From Setoptus koraiensis (Eukaryota > Animalia > Arthropoda): a stretch of DNA of 64,000 bases. A program made the translations under genes and the position numbers. This document shows positions 34,773-47,085 of the stretch, one piece after another; the first letter of the stretch is position 1; every line of letters begins with the position of its first letter. Below the pieces are notes generated by a model. The model was not told the DNA's origin, did no database searches, and worked only from the letters and a program-made list of their open reading frames with translations. Where the stretch lies: NCBI GenBank assembly GCA_048013815.1, contig CM106586.1, positions 8,928,001 to 8,992,000 on the forward strand. The letters run 5' to 3'.

Positions 34773-34843
34773 GTGATAGCGACGCTGGTGACAGTGATAG
34801 TGACGCCGGTGACAGTGATAGTGACGCCGGTGACAGCGATAGT
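34773..34843. repeat. 21-bp tandem x~3 (GTGACAGTGATAGTGACGCCG)
   Basis: Read directly. Confidence 0.9.
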
Positions 34844-35805
34844 AAAAGTTGTTGACTGACAAAAATCTAACATTTGATCTTGTCTGACGAGATGAAAATG
34901 ATTTGATTATGATGTTTACAGCAGCTAACAAGATTGCACAAGCCAGCCATTGGTCTTGTGCGTCAACCTGTTTGTTTTTGCTACCAGGCAAATGACTGCT
35001 ACCGACCATACACAACAATGGCAATGATTGTTGTTGTTGTTCAACTTGAACCGACTTGTTATTGGCGAAATGCCGGAAAGTTTGCTCGTTCGGCTCGGCA
35101 TCGCCGCTGACAGATGCACCATTGTCATTGTGAGGCCTCTATGCCAAACGATCTCTAACTGGCAACTGTTGTTATTAGTGCGTATTCTTCTCGTCTATTG
35201 TGTGCATCATTATGACGACCATTATTATGGCGAGTCGATTATCATTAGTCAGCCACGTTGGCGGCCTGTCATAGATGGATATTTGAGATGAGTCGATGGC
35301 AAAAAGTTTATGTGCAAACAAAACAACTGCTATTGCTACATTTGGCGACGTCTTATCTCGACATTGATCGTCATGTTTTTGTTGTTGCGATTTCCTCTCT
35401 GATCTCTCTGATTTAATCAAGCCTCACGCTGCCGACTCTGCAAAATCTCGAGTTGCGATCACTGGTTGCGTGTTAGTGTTAGCGCAAACAGTTGACTCGA
35501 AATTGTTTGTTTAAAATTGATACTCAATCAAAATCTAAATCTAAATCTATGACAACCGTCTGCAGCATAATTAGCCGCGATGATGCCAATATAATCGCCG
35601 ACAAAATGTAGCAATCGTTCGTTTACATCCCATCGCACCACACTCACACCACCAACCCCGTAATTGACAGTTGAGCCTTCCTCTGGCGTGCCCAACCCGC
35701 AACAACTAACAAGCAACAACTACCGAGCAACAACTACCAAGCAACAACTAACAACTAACAAGCGACAAGCAACAAGCGACAAGAAACCCGCGAAAAGACC
35801 CCATC

Positions 35806-37682
35806 ATGCTGGCGAAAAGTCTCGAGATCGCGCTCTTGCTGGCCCTGGCGACGGGCGCCGCGTCGGCGCTCGCCAACCCTCTCAGTGGGCTCTTCAACGA
35901 CGACATCCTCAAGGATATATTTCTACGGCCTGTTCAAGACATTTTTCGCTCGCCCGCGCCCCAGCAGCAACAAAATCAGCAGCAACAAAATCAGCAGCCG
36001 CTAGCGTCGATAAAGCGCGACGAGTCTGGCGAGATATTGGAGGACCCAGACACTCGCCGAAATGTCAAGCAGATCATCGAATCGCGCGGTTATCTAGCCG
36101 AAGAGCACGACGTCGTGACAAAAGACGGCTACATACTAACGGTGCAACGAATAATCAATCCACTGGTGCAGGACACTTACAAGCCCAAAATGAAGCCAGT
36201 GATTATGCAACACGGACTGATGTCGTCGGCCGCCGATTGGGTCATCAATTCGGTCAACGTGAGACCGGCTCCCTATCCGGCCGCCAGCGACAACAACAAC
36301 GACAAATCAATGTATTATTATGAGACCACTAGTGGCGACAACGACAACGTTGAATTGACCGGCGACACCCAGGACAAACCGAACAGTTTGGGCTTTTATC
36401 TGGCCAATCGCGGCTACGATGTGTGGCTGGCAAATTCGCGCGGCAACATATACGGTCAGCGGCACGTTAACATGTCCAGTTGGAATTTAAACTTTTGGGA
36501 CTTTACCTTCGACGAGCAAATAAAATACGATTTGCCCGACATTATTGAGTACGTGCAGCGCGCAACAAACAAAACCAAAGTGGGCTACGTGGGCCACTCG
36601 CAGGGCACCGTAATGGCGTTCGGTTTGTTGTCGGAGCGGCCCGAATATGCGGACATTATCGAGCCGTTTGTTGCGCTGGCGCCCGTCGCCTATTGCGACC
36701 ACACCACTAGTCCGGTGAAATATTTTTCCGTTTACACGCCCATTTGGTCGCACGTAAATCTGTGGTTTGCCACCAGCAATGTGGCCGTCAAATATCTGGC
36801 GCCCATTGTGTGCGGACCCAAGACGGTGCGCAAGGATATTTGCGCCAACCTGTTGTTTCTGACAGTTGGCTTCGACGAGGACGAGCTCGACGACGTAAGC
36901 ATCCGACGGACGCAATCTGAACCGTCGGGACGGATCGATCCGTCTCGACAACTCCGTTTCTGCGTTTCCTGTCTTCAGCCAGATATCTGAATAATTCGTG
37001 TGCTGACTGACTGATTTATTTGCTAATTGCTGCTTCTTTTCTGTTTATATTTATATCATCATGGTGTCTTTTTGTCGCGATTAGTCGCGCGTCTCGGCCT
37101 ACCTCAACCACACGCCCTCGGGCACCAGTGTCAAGAACGTGGCCCATTACGGTCAGGAGGTGCTGAGCGGCAAATTTGCAAAATTTGATCACGGCATTCT
37201 GGGCAACCTGTACAAATACGGCAGCTACAAGTCGCCCATATACGATCTGTCCAAAATCCGCTCCAAATCCATCGCCCTGTTCACGGCCCAAAACGACTGG
37301 CTTGCCGCACCCAAAGACGTGGCCCATTTACTGAGCGACCTGACAGGTGAGTAATGATCATGTCAATGAGCAATGATGAGCACATGGCTCGAGTGCTATT
37401 ACATAACATACCGCATTGCATTACATAACATGCGATCACTGCATTAGACGAGTAGATAACTTACATTCATTATAATATTTTTCAATATTATAATATTTCG
37501 ACTGCCGTTTCCGTCGCAACTGCATCGTTGCAACAGTTCCCGTGTACTACCATTTCAACGCGACAACCGTCAAGCCCAAATGGAACCACATCGATTACGT
37601 GTACGGAAAAGACGCCGGCCAGATCATTAATACGCGCATCGAAAAGGTGATGGACGCCTTCAGGGACGACAACAACCTGTGA
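35806..37682 (+). CDS. Secreted acid lipase (gastric/lysosomal lipase, lipase-3 family), 3 exons
   Basis: Exons 35806-36894, 37085-37346 and 37537-37682, phase-consistent. Signal peptide; GY.AEEH.VVTKDGYIL, QHGL, GYDVWLANSRGN; triad GHSQG, NDWLA and WNHIDY. Confidence 0.96.
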
Positions 37683-38560
37683 GGGGGCCACTTTCACTCG
37701 CAATTCACTCACAATTCACTCACAAGCTGATCAAAAACTGGCCACAAGCTGGTGGCAAGTTGGTCAGTTACAAGCAGCCCGATTGTGCAACACAAATTGA
37801 ACACAAACTGGCTGTGCAATTTGAACGAATCGAAAAGACAACGATCACTAGTCACACATGTATTATGTAATATGTTGTATTATGTAAATTGGACGCTAAA
37901 ATAATATCGACAACAATCAATTCACCTGTCAGCGAGTGAGTTGTGGCGAGACGTTCATTTTGTTTCTGAGTTTGTTTGTGAGGCGAGCTCGTTGCTGGCA
38001 AGTGAACGACCGACCACTGGCCACAGAGACTCTCCAATAGTAAGCTTCTCTATTAGAGCAGTGATGCGGTTCTCACAAGCGGTCAGTTTTCGCGTTTGCA
38101 CCAATAAATCGGCGACGAAAAGTGCGTTAGATCACCTCGGACATTGGCGACAACTCTCTTGTGTGAGCTTGGCGTCAGTTTCGAAAAGGTTGCGAGTTCG
38201 CAAAAGAGAAATCACAGTCTCACAAGTTGTTTGTAAAATTGTCAGTTGTGCACTGCGAGGAAAACCCTGAACAAACTGGCGGGTTTTGGCCCGAAAGCCT
38301 TGCTTGTTCAAAGTGCAGACACAGTGCAAATGAGCGGCCGAATGTCTGGCAATGTCGCCACTCGCGAGGGCATGTTTTCACTCGCTCTCGATTCGAAAGT
38401 CTCCAAGCGATTTATCCGGCTACTCTAATTGGTCGCAAAGTCATCTCGCTAATTAATACTGTCGCGTTGCGCCGCCAAGTCACAGCAATGAGTCAACGCA
38501 CTCCGACTCTCATTATGACAGTCTCATACACTCAATGGGCAAGTCAGTCTGTCGCTATCT

Positions 38561-38634
38561 ACTCACTACTCACTCACTATTCACTCACCATTCACTCACC
38601 ATTTACTCACCATTCACTCACTATTCACTCACTG
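38561..38634. repeat. 11-bp minisatellite (CACTCACYATT)
   Basis: About 6 units read directly. Confidence 0.9.
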
Positions 38635-38917
38635 TTTACTGTTTGCACGCACTTGTTTCTCGATCACCTGTCTCCCGATTGTCGATCACCTGTGTGGCTC
38701 GATGACATAACTCACCGAGTCGTCGCTTGTGATCTGACGTAGCTGCCAGTGGCGCTACGTGACAAAGTTTTCATCACGTTCGCTCATGACACAACCGTCG
38801 CCTCACTTGCTGCACTGTGAGAGATGTGAGATTATGTCATGTGATCCAGCAACAAGTGTGCTCGAGTGTCGAAACGCAAATTAAAAACAAACAACATTCG
38901 CCTTATATGGATTGTGC

Positions 38918-38985
38918 CGACCGTGAATATCTCGACCGTGAACATCACGACCGCGAATATTCCGACTGCGGATAGCTCGACTGTG
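38918..38985. repeat. 15-bp imperfect tandem x~5 (CGACCGTGAATATCT)
   Basis: Read directly. Confidence 0.85.
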
Positions 38986-39145
38986 TTGACTGACTCGCAC
39001 CCAGTTGACACAGTTAACACATGCATCGTGCAAACTGTTTGTGTCTAGCCAAGTTTAAATCTTGTCGACAATCTTGCTGTGAGTGAATATCAACGTGCGA
39101 TATTGATCTCACTTGTCGCAATAAACAGATCAACAGTTCACACAC

Positions 39146-39235
39146 CAAGTTGTCGAGATGCGCAAGTTGTCGAGATGCGCAAGTTATCGAGATCGTCGAG
39201 ACGATGCTATCTCGACACGATGCTATCGAGAGATA
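39146..39235. repeat. 17-bp tandem (CAAGTTGTCGAGATGCG) with a degenerate tail
   Basis: Two perfect units plus partial ones. Confidence 0.85.
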
Positions 39236-39609
39236 AGCAGGTCAACTTGCAATTTCTCGTCCTGTCTCATGTCGCCCTTGTCGTTTCGCCCAGTCTAGCT
39301 AGCCGTTGAGGGTGTGTGTCGACATTGTAATTTTAAGTGTATGCGCACCCTGTTGCTGGCACATTGCGAGTGTCGCGCATCAGCAATCTGCATCTCAATC
39401 TGACAATCACATTGATGCACACCAGTCACCATCTCAAAATATATCGCCAATTAGTGAAATTAGTGTAATTTGACCAGCAACCGTTCGTCGCAGTCACATC
39501 TCAATTGGATATTCAATTGATTTTGAGAAATAATAACAATTTATAATTTATTATAATTACAACAACAATAACAGCTTTCAAACACACACAAAGTGAGAAA
39601 AGTGATTAA

Positions 39610-40903
39610 ATGAGAAACCTTTCGGGCGCCCTCCTCCTGCTGGCGGCCAGTTTGGGCGCACTTGCCCATGCCAGCCCATACAGATCAAAGTGTTCGCTGG
39701 AGCGCGATCTCGAAATGGACAAATGCGCCAGTCAGTTGGGTTTTCTCGGCAACAAAGCGTTCAAAGTGCCCAAAAATATGAAACAAATGAACCAATTTTG
39801 TAGGTGAGTTTACGCTGACAATTACAATTAGTGTATTCACATTTGTTGCCCGGCCGCACCGCATTGCTGACCCAAATGTTGCGCTGCTCACACGGCAGCT
39901 CCAACAACGGGCCGGTTGCACCGTTGGCTGACCCAAATCGGATCGGCCACCAATGGCCAACAACAATCGTCTGTGTGTATCAACAAGCATTAATTATCGA
40001 TCATTAATTTCGCTGTCTGTTTGTTTGTTTGTGTGTGTCGCAACAAGCGAGCTCAAGGATTCTCTCGGCTGCATCCAAAACTATTCGCGACAATGTCTGA
40101 CCTCCATGTCACGACAAGTGCTCACCACCATCATTAGGAACGGCAAACAAACGCAGAGTCGCCTGTGCAAAACTGACAAATCCAAGCAAGGTAACTCCAA
40201 CTGTAGCAACTGCTCTCTCGCAAGCCGCTGAGCCGTCGTCTGGCGGCTCACTAATTAACTCTGACTAATTAACTCTGACTAATTAACTAATCAACTCCGA
40301 GCTTGACTCGTTTGTGTTTGCATGCATCTCAACTGCGCCAATCGCCCATTTGCCCATCTATTATCCACTATTGCCACTACCTTGGTATTGACAGAATTCA
40401 TGCACAAAATGGCCTGCCTGGCGGACGACAAAATCGATCAGTTTCACCGGTGCATGGACGGATCGGTGGCCCGTTTTGAGTACATCGCAAGCAAAAATGT
40501 TGCGCAAGACGACAAAATTGTCTCTATTTGTTGCTCTAGCCAGATATTTAATCGCGAACTGAGCGACACAGTGACGCGAATCTGCAAGGAGCCCCCCTCG
40601 CTGCCAGCCAATGGAAAATCCAACGACTCCGAGCTCAACGCCAATGGCACCGGCCACTATTTGCATGAAGTGGTGTCGTCCACTATGGGCAGCTTCATGA
40701 ATCTCGTTTGCGACGGCTACCAGTCCTACCAAGAATGCAAAAAGTCGCCCCGTATGACGCAAGTGCTGCCCAAAATGGAGGACGTTACCAGTCAAGTTAA
40801 ACAAAATAAGCTGCAGCCAACGGCCAAGTCGCTCATATCCGTGCTGCTGGTCATATTGACCGATCAGAAAGCGGACCAGTCCGGCCTCAAAGAGGAGCAG
40901 TAA
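39610..40903 (+). CDS. Secreted Cys-rich helical protein of unknown function, 3 exons
   Basis: Exons 39610-39803, 40048-40190 and 40395-40903 join in phase. Signal peptide MRNLSGALLLLAASLGALAHA; many spaced Cys, including a CC pair. Confidence 0.85.
40251..40290. repeat. 14-bp tandem x~3 in an intron (CTAATTAACTCTGA)
   Basis: Read directly. Confidence 0.9.
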
Positions 40904-41091
40904 AGCGTGCTTGCAATGTCAAGAAAAAACATTTCAATAAATAACTTAGAGTGTCCGTGATGCGAACACGTAAGGGCAATTTGCGTTGAGCGATATCGTT
41001 TATTTGGCATTAATTTTAATATTTTTTTATATGTTAATTATTTGGAATTATTCTCTTTCGGTCTGTCTGTCGGCAAAGTGCGCGTGCAATT

Positions 41092-43191
41092 TTAGAGCTT
41101 AGTGATGCCCTCGGATATAATTGGTGGGAGGTCAGTGCTCAGATTGGAGCGCCAAGTGCGCCGCTTATAAACAACAAACGCAACGGCCAGCAGCAAACTA
41201 ATTAGTGCACACGCCAACAAAATGTTAATTACGTAGGATATCTCACAACCGCTCAGGCCAGACGGCTCGCTGTTGGACAATACGCTTGGCGTTTCCGTGC
41301 TGCCACGGCTGGCCGTAAATTCCGTTAGTCGGGCCGGCAGGGCCCTCGAGGCCGACACGGTGGTGGGTGTAGTTGTGACGGGAAATATCACGGTTGCTAT
41401 CAGTGTGGTTGTTGTCTCGAGCGGTGTCGCCGGCGTGGTGCTCGTCGATGTTGTCGTTGGTGTTGTTGTTGCTGGTGTCTTTGTTGTTGTTGGTGCCGTT
41501 GTTGTTGTTACTGTCGTTGGTGTTGTTGTTGTTGGTGTTGGTGTTGTTGTAGTTGGTGTTGTTGTTGGTGTTGTTGTTGGTGGTGCCGTTGTTGTCGCGG
41601 CCACCGTTGTGGTGGGTGCTCCAACGGGCGACGCCGGTGTCGTCTGAATTACCGACGACAGCGCACCCATCGGCGACGACGATGATGTTATTTCTGAGGT
41701 TGCTGGTGCTGGCATCGTTGTTTGTGTCGCTGTTGGCGTCGCTGTTGTTGTTGGTTGGGCCGTCGCTGTCGACGCCACCGGTAGTGATGTGGTTGTCGTT
41801 GTTGTCGTCGGCGGTGCTGTTGGTGGTTGCGCCGTCGGTGGGGCATCGATCGGCGCGGCCGTCGTAGATGGGGCCCCGTTCGTGGTTGTTGTCGACGGTG
41901 CTGTTGTTGTGCTTGAAGTTGTTGTTGGCGCTGTCGTTGTTGTTGTTGTTGTCGTTGTTGTTGTTGGGGCGGGTGGGGTCACGGGCGCCGCACTTGTGGC
42001 CATTTCCGGGGGCGTTGCCGGACTCGATGTGGTAGTTGGCGCTGGAGTTGTAGTTGTGGTTGTCGTGCTGGTCGTTGTGCTGGTTGTTGTCGATGTTGTG
42101 GGTGTTGTCGGTGTTGGTGGGAATGCCTTTAGGGCGGTTGAGGAGAGCGCAGAGGCCGATCTGGCGGGCGCCACCGCCGCCCTCAGTGTTGCGGTTACTG
42201 TTGCGGGCGTCGTTGACGAGGCCGACCGAGCCGTCGACATCGACGACGACGTCGATATTCTCACAATTGGCTTTTGCATAGTTTTGGGCGTCACAAATGA
42301 TTCCACCGTGACCATTTGCGGCCCGCCGAACGGGCCCGAACTGCCCGGCAGAGGCGGCCCGGCGGTCATGATGGGAAAGCTGGGATTTCTGTCCAATTGG
42401 GCGGCTATGTTTGCGATGTCTTGCGCCTCAAACAGCGAATTCATGGTGGTCGTTGTGGTTGTCGTGATTGTTGTTGGCTGAAAGGCGCCCTTCGAGCCAC
42501 TGCCTCTCGGGCCGGTCGGGCCTATCGGGCCGCTGGGAGCCGGCTCAAACGACTGCTGCCAATTTTGCGCGGCGGTCGCGCTGATCGGCCTGAACGGTTG
42601 CTGGTCGAGCGGGGGCGGCTTGAACTGGCTGGGCTGGCGGAACAGGTTGTAATAGTGAAAGGTTCTGTCGTCATCGTCGTCGGGCTGCTGCTGTATTTGT
42701 TGTTGCGGCTGCCGGCTGTCCATCTTTCGGGCCGCCGTCTGCTGGTTTGCGGGCGAGTACGGTATCACGGGCGACATCCTGATGGGCACTTGCTGCTGCT
42801 GCTGCTGTTGCTGTTGCTGTTGGCCGGCTTGGGCGCCAGAGTCGACGGTGCGGGTGTAGTATCTGCGGGACCCGAGGCTGGCCGACACGACGTCGATGTC
42901 CTGGTTGTTGTTGTTTCTGGTCGAGTGAAACAATTGCGCCATCAACAATTGCTGATTGACCGGATCCGCGGACTGGTAGTAGTCGGAGTAGGTGTTGTCG
43001 CCGTTGCCGTATATGTGATTTGCGGGCGCACCAATTTGAGCGGGGCCCGTTGTATCGGGCGGCTGCCGCTGATAAATGTCATCGGCGAGGGGCGACATTG
43101 AGCCGGCCGAGCGACAGGCCGTGTGACTAATAAAATAACTAATAACTATTGTACATAGTGGTAACAATCTGATTAATTGTTGATTATTCAT
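41092..43191 (-). CDS. Mucin-like type I membrane protein, intronless
   Basis: 699-aa ORF with an N-terminal hydrophobic signal, poly-Q, a long Thr/Pro/Ala tract, TM YVINILLACALISLLLAVAFVVY, stop-transfer KRR and a short tail ending TKL. Confidence 0.88.
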   Translation of the reverse strand: MNNQQLIRLLPLCTIVISYFISHTACRSAGSMSPLADDIYQRQPPDTTGPAQIGAPANHIYGNGDNTYSDYYQSADPVNQQLLMAQLFHSTRNNNNQDIDVVSASLGSRRYYTRTVDSGAQAGQQQQQQQQQQQVPIRMSPVIPYSPANQQTAARKMDSRQPQQQIQQQPDDDDDRTFHYYNLFRQPSQFKPPPLDQQPFRPISATAAQNWQQSFEPAPSGPIGPTGPRGSGSKGAFQPTTITTTTTTTMNSLFEAQDIANIAAQLDRNPSFPIMTAGPPLPGSSGPFGGPQMVTVESFVTPKTMQKPIVRISTSSSMSTARSASSTTPATVTATLRAAVAPARSASALSSTALKAFPPTPTTPTTSTTTSTTTSTTTTTTTPAPTTTSSPATPPEMATSAAPVTPPAPTTTTTTTTTTTAPTTTSSTTTAPSTTTTNGAPSTTAAPIDAPPTAQPPTAPPTTTTTTTSLPVASTATAQPTTTATPTATQTTMPAPATSEITSSSSPMGALSSVIQTTPASPVGAPTTTVAATTTAPPTTTPTTTPTTTTPTPTTTTPTTVTTTTAPTTTKTPATTTPTTTSTSTTPATPLETTTTLIATVIFPVTTTPTTVSASRALPARLTEFTASRGSTETPSVLSNSEPSGLSGCEISYVINILLACALISLLLAVAFVVYKRRTWRSNLSTDLPPIISEGITKL

Positions 43192-43523
43192 GTTTGACTC
43201 GAATTGGGGGCCTCGACTGGGCGAAAAGTTGATTCAATTTGACTGGTGCGTTCGCTATCATTTGCCACTGATTTGATGATGGGTGCACATGCCACTGACA
43301 CTGATGACACTGACACTGCTGACGCCGTGACACTGCGATCGATGATGCTAACAAGCGATGTGACGCCCGAAATCGCCCAATTAGCGATTTGACATCGATG
43401 ACTCAATTAGCGCCCGCGACAGCGATCGATTTGTCGTTGGTGTCGCGATTTGTCGCCTTTGTTTCTGTCGATTATGTCGTTGTTGCTGCTGTCGATTATG
43501 TCGCTGTTGCTGCTGTTGTTTTT

Positions 43524-43586
43524 GTCGGTGTTGCTGTCGGTGTTGCTGTCGGTGTTGCTGTCGGTGTTGCTGTCGGTGTCGGTGTC
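43524..43586. repeat. 12-bp tandem x~5 (GTCGGTGTTGCT)
   Basis: Read directly. Confidence 0.9.
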
Positions 43587-44467
43587 GTGCTCGGCTGGTG
43601 TTGAGGGCATGTCAGCTGCTGGCGGGCGCGCCGCGTAATGCAAATGATACCATATGATTGTCACATCGCAGCAACAACTACAAACGGCAGTGTCTTGGTG
43701 TCTTGGCGATAACTCGTTGCGTTGTTATCCTTCGGGCGGCCGCTTGTCTGCGTTTTTTTGCGGCCCGCTTCTCGTTTGATATTAATCGCCACTGACAGCT
43801 TGTCGCCTGTTCACTGACAATTGAGAGCCTTGTGACAATGAGAATGTCACTTTTTGCGTTAGAATGCGATATGATGCAGCGACAAAAAGGCGCCACCACC
43901 TACTGATGCCCAACAAGTTGTTGGCAACAACAGCGACACCGGCAGCAGCGACGACAACGGCAACAACAGCGACAACAACAAGTGTCTCAAAATAAAAACT
44001 CACTTGTCACTCACAGTTCGTGCACACTCAACCTGGCGGCCGACGACGGCAAGCTCAACGCGCTGACGCAGCCTCGCCGGCGGCGTCTTGCCAGAGGCGT
44101 CTCGCCGACAGTCTCGGCCGTGTCGTCAGCAGAGTCAACAATCAAAAGAATCAACAAAGTCGGCAGAGTCAGCGGAGTCTCGTTAGCAGAGTCTCCGCCG
44201 ACGACACAGTCTCGCCAACGGAGTCTTGCCAGTTGTGCGCTGGGTGTTACAATTCACAATTGTCAGTGCGCTGACGGCAGCGCCGCCACAACGAGACGTG
44301 CAACAACAACGCTAATGATGTTTTTCCTGGCGAAGCAAAACTCATATTGCCGAATACCTGGCCGAACAAGAAGCGCTCACCTGTTGCCTGTCAGTCGCAG
44401 TTAGTTAGCGGGCAAGACGGCTCACAGGGCGGCGCCTAGCTTGCCTTTTTTCCCCGTCTCTCTGTTC

Positions 44468-44553
44468 ATCGGTTGCGTCCGAATTGGCCGATTGCGTCTG
44501 AAAATCAGTTTCGTCCAACAATCGGTTTCGTCCGACAATCGGTTGCGTCCAAA
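44468..44553. repeat. 17-bp imperfect tandem x5 (ATCGGTTTCGTCCGACA)
   Basis: Read directly. Confidence 0.85.
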
Positions 44554-45981
44554 GCGAACACAGCGCCAGCGTCGGCTGTCGAGGAAAATATCCTGTCGAC
44601 AGTAACAGATTGAGAAAAACAACACACAGTGGCGAGAAAACGATGTTACTTGGCCATTTACTCTCTTCACTTTGGGTCGCTTCGAAAACTCGCCAAAACT
44701 TTTCTGTCAGATGTAACGCCAATATATACTCGAGCAGTATGAGCCAGCCGGCTGGCCACTGGAGCTTGACTGCTCTGGCGAGTAACGGTGCCAGCAGTCG
44801 GTGCAGTTGCCGGTACCGTTGCGCGGGAGAGAGATGAGAAAGACAACTTGTTTATATGATACAATTAAAAAAGGTAAATAATTGCCATTTTCTCTCTCTC
44901 TCTCTCTCTCTCTGCCAGTTTCACTGGTGCGATATGGCGCGGTGCGATATGGTGCGGCGCAATATGCGATGTTGTGCAACAGCAATAACAATAACAGTAA
45001 TAATAGCAACTTTTCAATGTCGTCCAGCGCCGATGGCCCATGTCGCTAATGATGGAGCGGCGCGCTCATTAGTTGCGACACACATGATTGATTGCCGCCA
45101 ATTTATCCGCCGCCAACGCCAACGGCAACGCTAGCCGACGGTGACGAGTTTACTTTTTCTTCTTCGTTTGCTAATCGTTGTCGTCGCTGTCGACGCCAAC
45201 GTTCAATTTCTAACTTTAGTCAACAGCTAACTTTGGACAGAAGGAAGCCAGCGCTAGAGCCGTCAAGACACTGGTCAATGTCCTTCCTAAATCGCACCGC
45301 CAGAGTCGCATTGTTTGCCAACAAACTAACTGTCACTGTTGGGGAAGACAGCACAATGTGTCGCCAACAATGTGATAAAATTATGATAATAATAATAATA
45401 TTAATATTTGCATGCCGAACAATTGCTCAAATGATTTGAGTCAAATTGGTCGCGGTTAATTTCACCTGGGCATGCGATTCAATTGTAATTATGTCAATTA
45501 TTGGGCACGCTTAACGTATCACCACTGTTTACATCCATGATAACGATTTATCTACCTGGCAGCCGATGACGATTGTTGGTGCGGGCATGTTAGTTAGGCC
45601 ACGCGACCAACACATCAGCCAGAACTCAAACAAAATCAATCGCGCAATCAATTAGAATAAAATGGGTCGCTTCATTGGCTAGTGCGACAGGTGACGAAAT
45701 GTCAACTTGTGAAGAATGAGTTGATATATTGCAATATTCAAAGTGAAATGAAAAATACCCTGCTCGCCTAGCACCCACAATTCAAAATAACAATCGTTAG
45801 AGCACTTATTCACGCATGAACTCGGTTTGGTTCATCCATATTTTTATGTTCGCTTCGTCTATACATCGCACGGCACGTCAAATTCACTTGTGAATAATAT
45901 CGCACGATCCGCTTCCGGAATGAACAGTGTCTAGCGAGTGATCAACTTACGAGATTGGCTTCAAAAATAAAAATGACTATC

Positions 45982-47085
45982 CTATTCGTGTACCGTCAGC
46001 GGGTGCTTGCGTTCCTCTGACCAAATCAACAGTTGGCCTGGCCCAGTTGGCCCTAGACTCTCGCAACTCACGTTACAGTAAGGGGACAGGACATCTTCAT
46101 TGACCAACTTGTAATTGCCTGATTCTGATCGGTTTCGTTTCCATCTTTCTTTATCCATCGCGAGGTACAAATATAAAAATTCCTCGCCGTTGATGAGGCG
46201 TGAATCGAGAAATCCATCGCTTCACCACAACTCTTCACCACTTACGCAGTCGTATTCGATTATTGTAATTTCGAATAGGGAATGACAATTCATTCTTATG
46301 AATGACTTGTCCAGTGTCTGACCACACGGGAACGCCAGGAGAAAATATCTGTTGTCTCCATATTTTCGTTCCCATCGAACGGTCGATATTCGTTGTTTAC
46401 ACTCTGGCAGGAAATTATCTGCGCGGAATTACAATTATTATAATTGTAATATAACCGCCCCCACCCCCAGCTCGGCCCAGCCAGCAAGAGGCCGTGGAGG
46501 CAATGGAGGCCATAGTGGCAATGGAGACCGTGGTGGCTATGGTGGCCGTGGGTCCACTACCCATCCACCCCGTAACAACAACAACCGCCGTGGCGGCACC
46601 AGCCGCCCTAACCCACCCATCATCATGGATGAAAATGCCCTCGAGAACCGGATAAAGACACTGTCCTGTATCCTCGAGGATCTCCGCAGCACCCGCTTGG
46701 CCAAGGAGAAAGCCGAAGCCGCTGATGCCGCCCAACGCCGCCAGGCCCGACAGCAGCGGAGGGGATTGAAGGAAAGGCAGCGAGTCGCAAGACTCGCTGC
46801 AATGCTGCAGCGGCAGCAACCACCCGCACACCCAATGTGGATGCCGGGGGCTGAGCAGCAGCAACAACAGCGAACAATTGGTTCCAACACTTGACAATCT
46901 GGCGAATCCGAAATCTCGCTACTGAGTGTGCCCTCCTCTAGTTTTTCGTTTTTTGGACCAATAGGCTTGCTGAATGTCGTAGAAACTTGGGCCAAATTAT
47001 GTCTATCGAATAAATCGTTCAAATTTTTGATGATAATGAGCAACACCTCAGGCGGCAGCTCTTCCAGGCGGTAGTTGGTTGACAT
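45982..47085 (-). pseudogene. Probable disrupted F-box gene
   Basis: F-box motif RLEELPPEVLLIIIKNLNDLFDRHNLAQVSTTF from ATG 47085. A downstream frame 46428-45982 is open for 149 codons except one TGA (46224-46222). A GC-rich segment separates the two parts. Confidence 0.5.
46455..46894 (+). other. GC-rich coding-like segment (RGG-rich, predicted coiled coil, poly-Q)
   Basis: ARGRGGNGGHSGNGDRGGYGGRG...LENRIKTLSCILEDLR...QQQQQ; composition contrasts with the AT-richer flanks. Confidence 0.4.

Noticed and set aside
41273-43101. Long plus-strand Val/Gly-rich ORFs
   Set aside because: They are antisense shadows of the Thr/Pro codon repeats of the mucin-like gene.
45100-45360. Minus-strand frame interrupted by one TGA (...KVSC*LKLEIERWRR...)
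   Set aside because: It is short and partly simple-repeat derived, with no motif or splice support.
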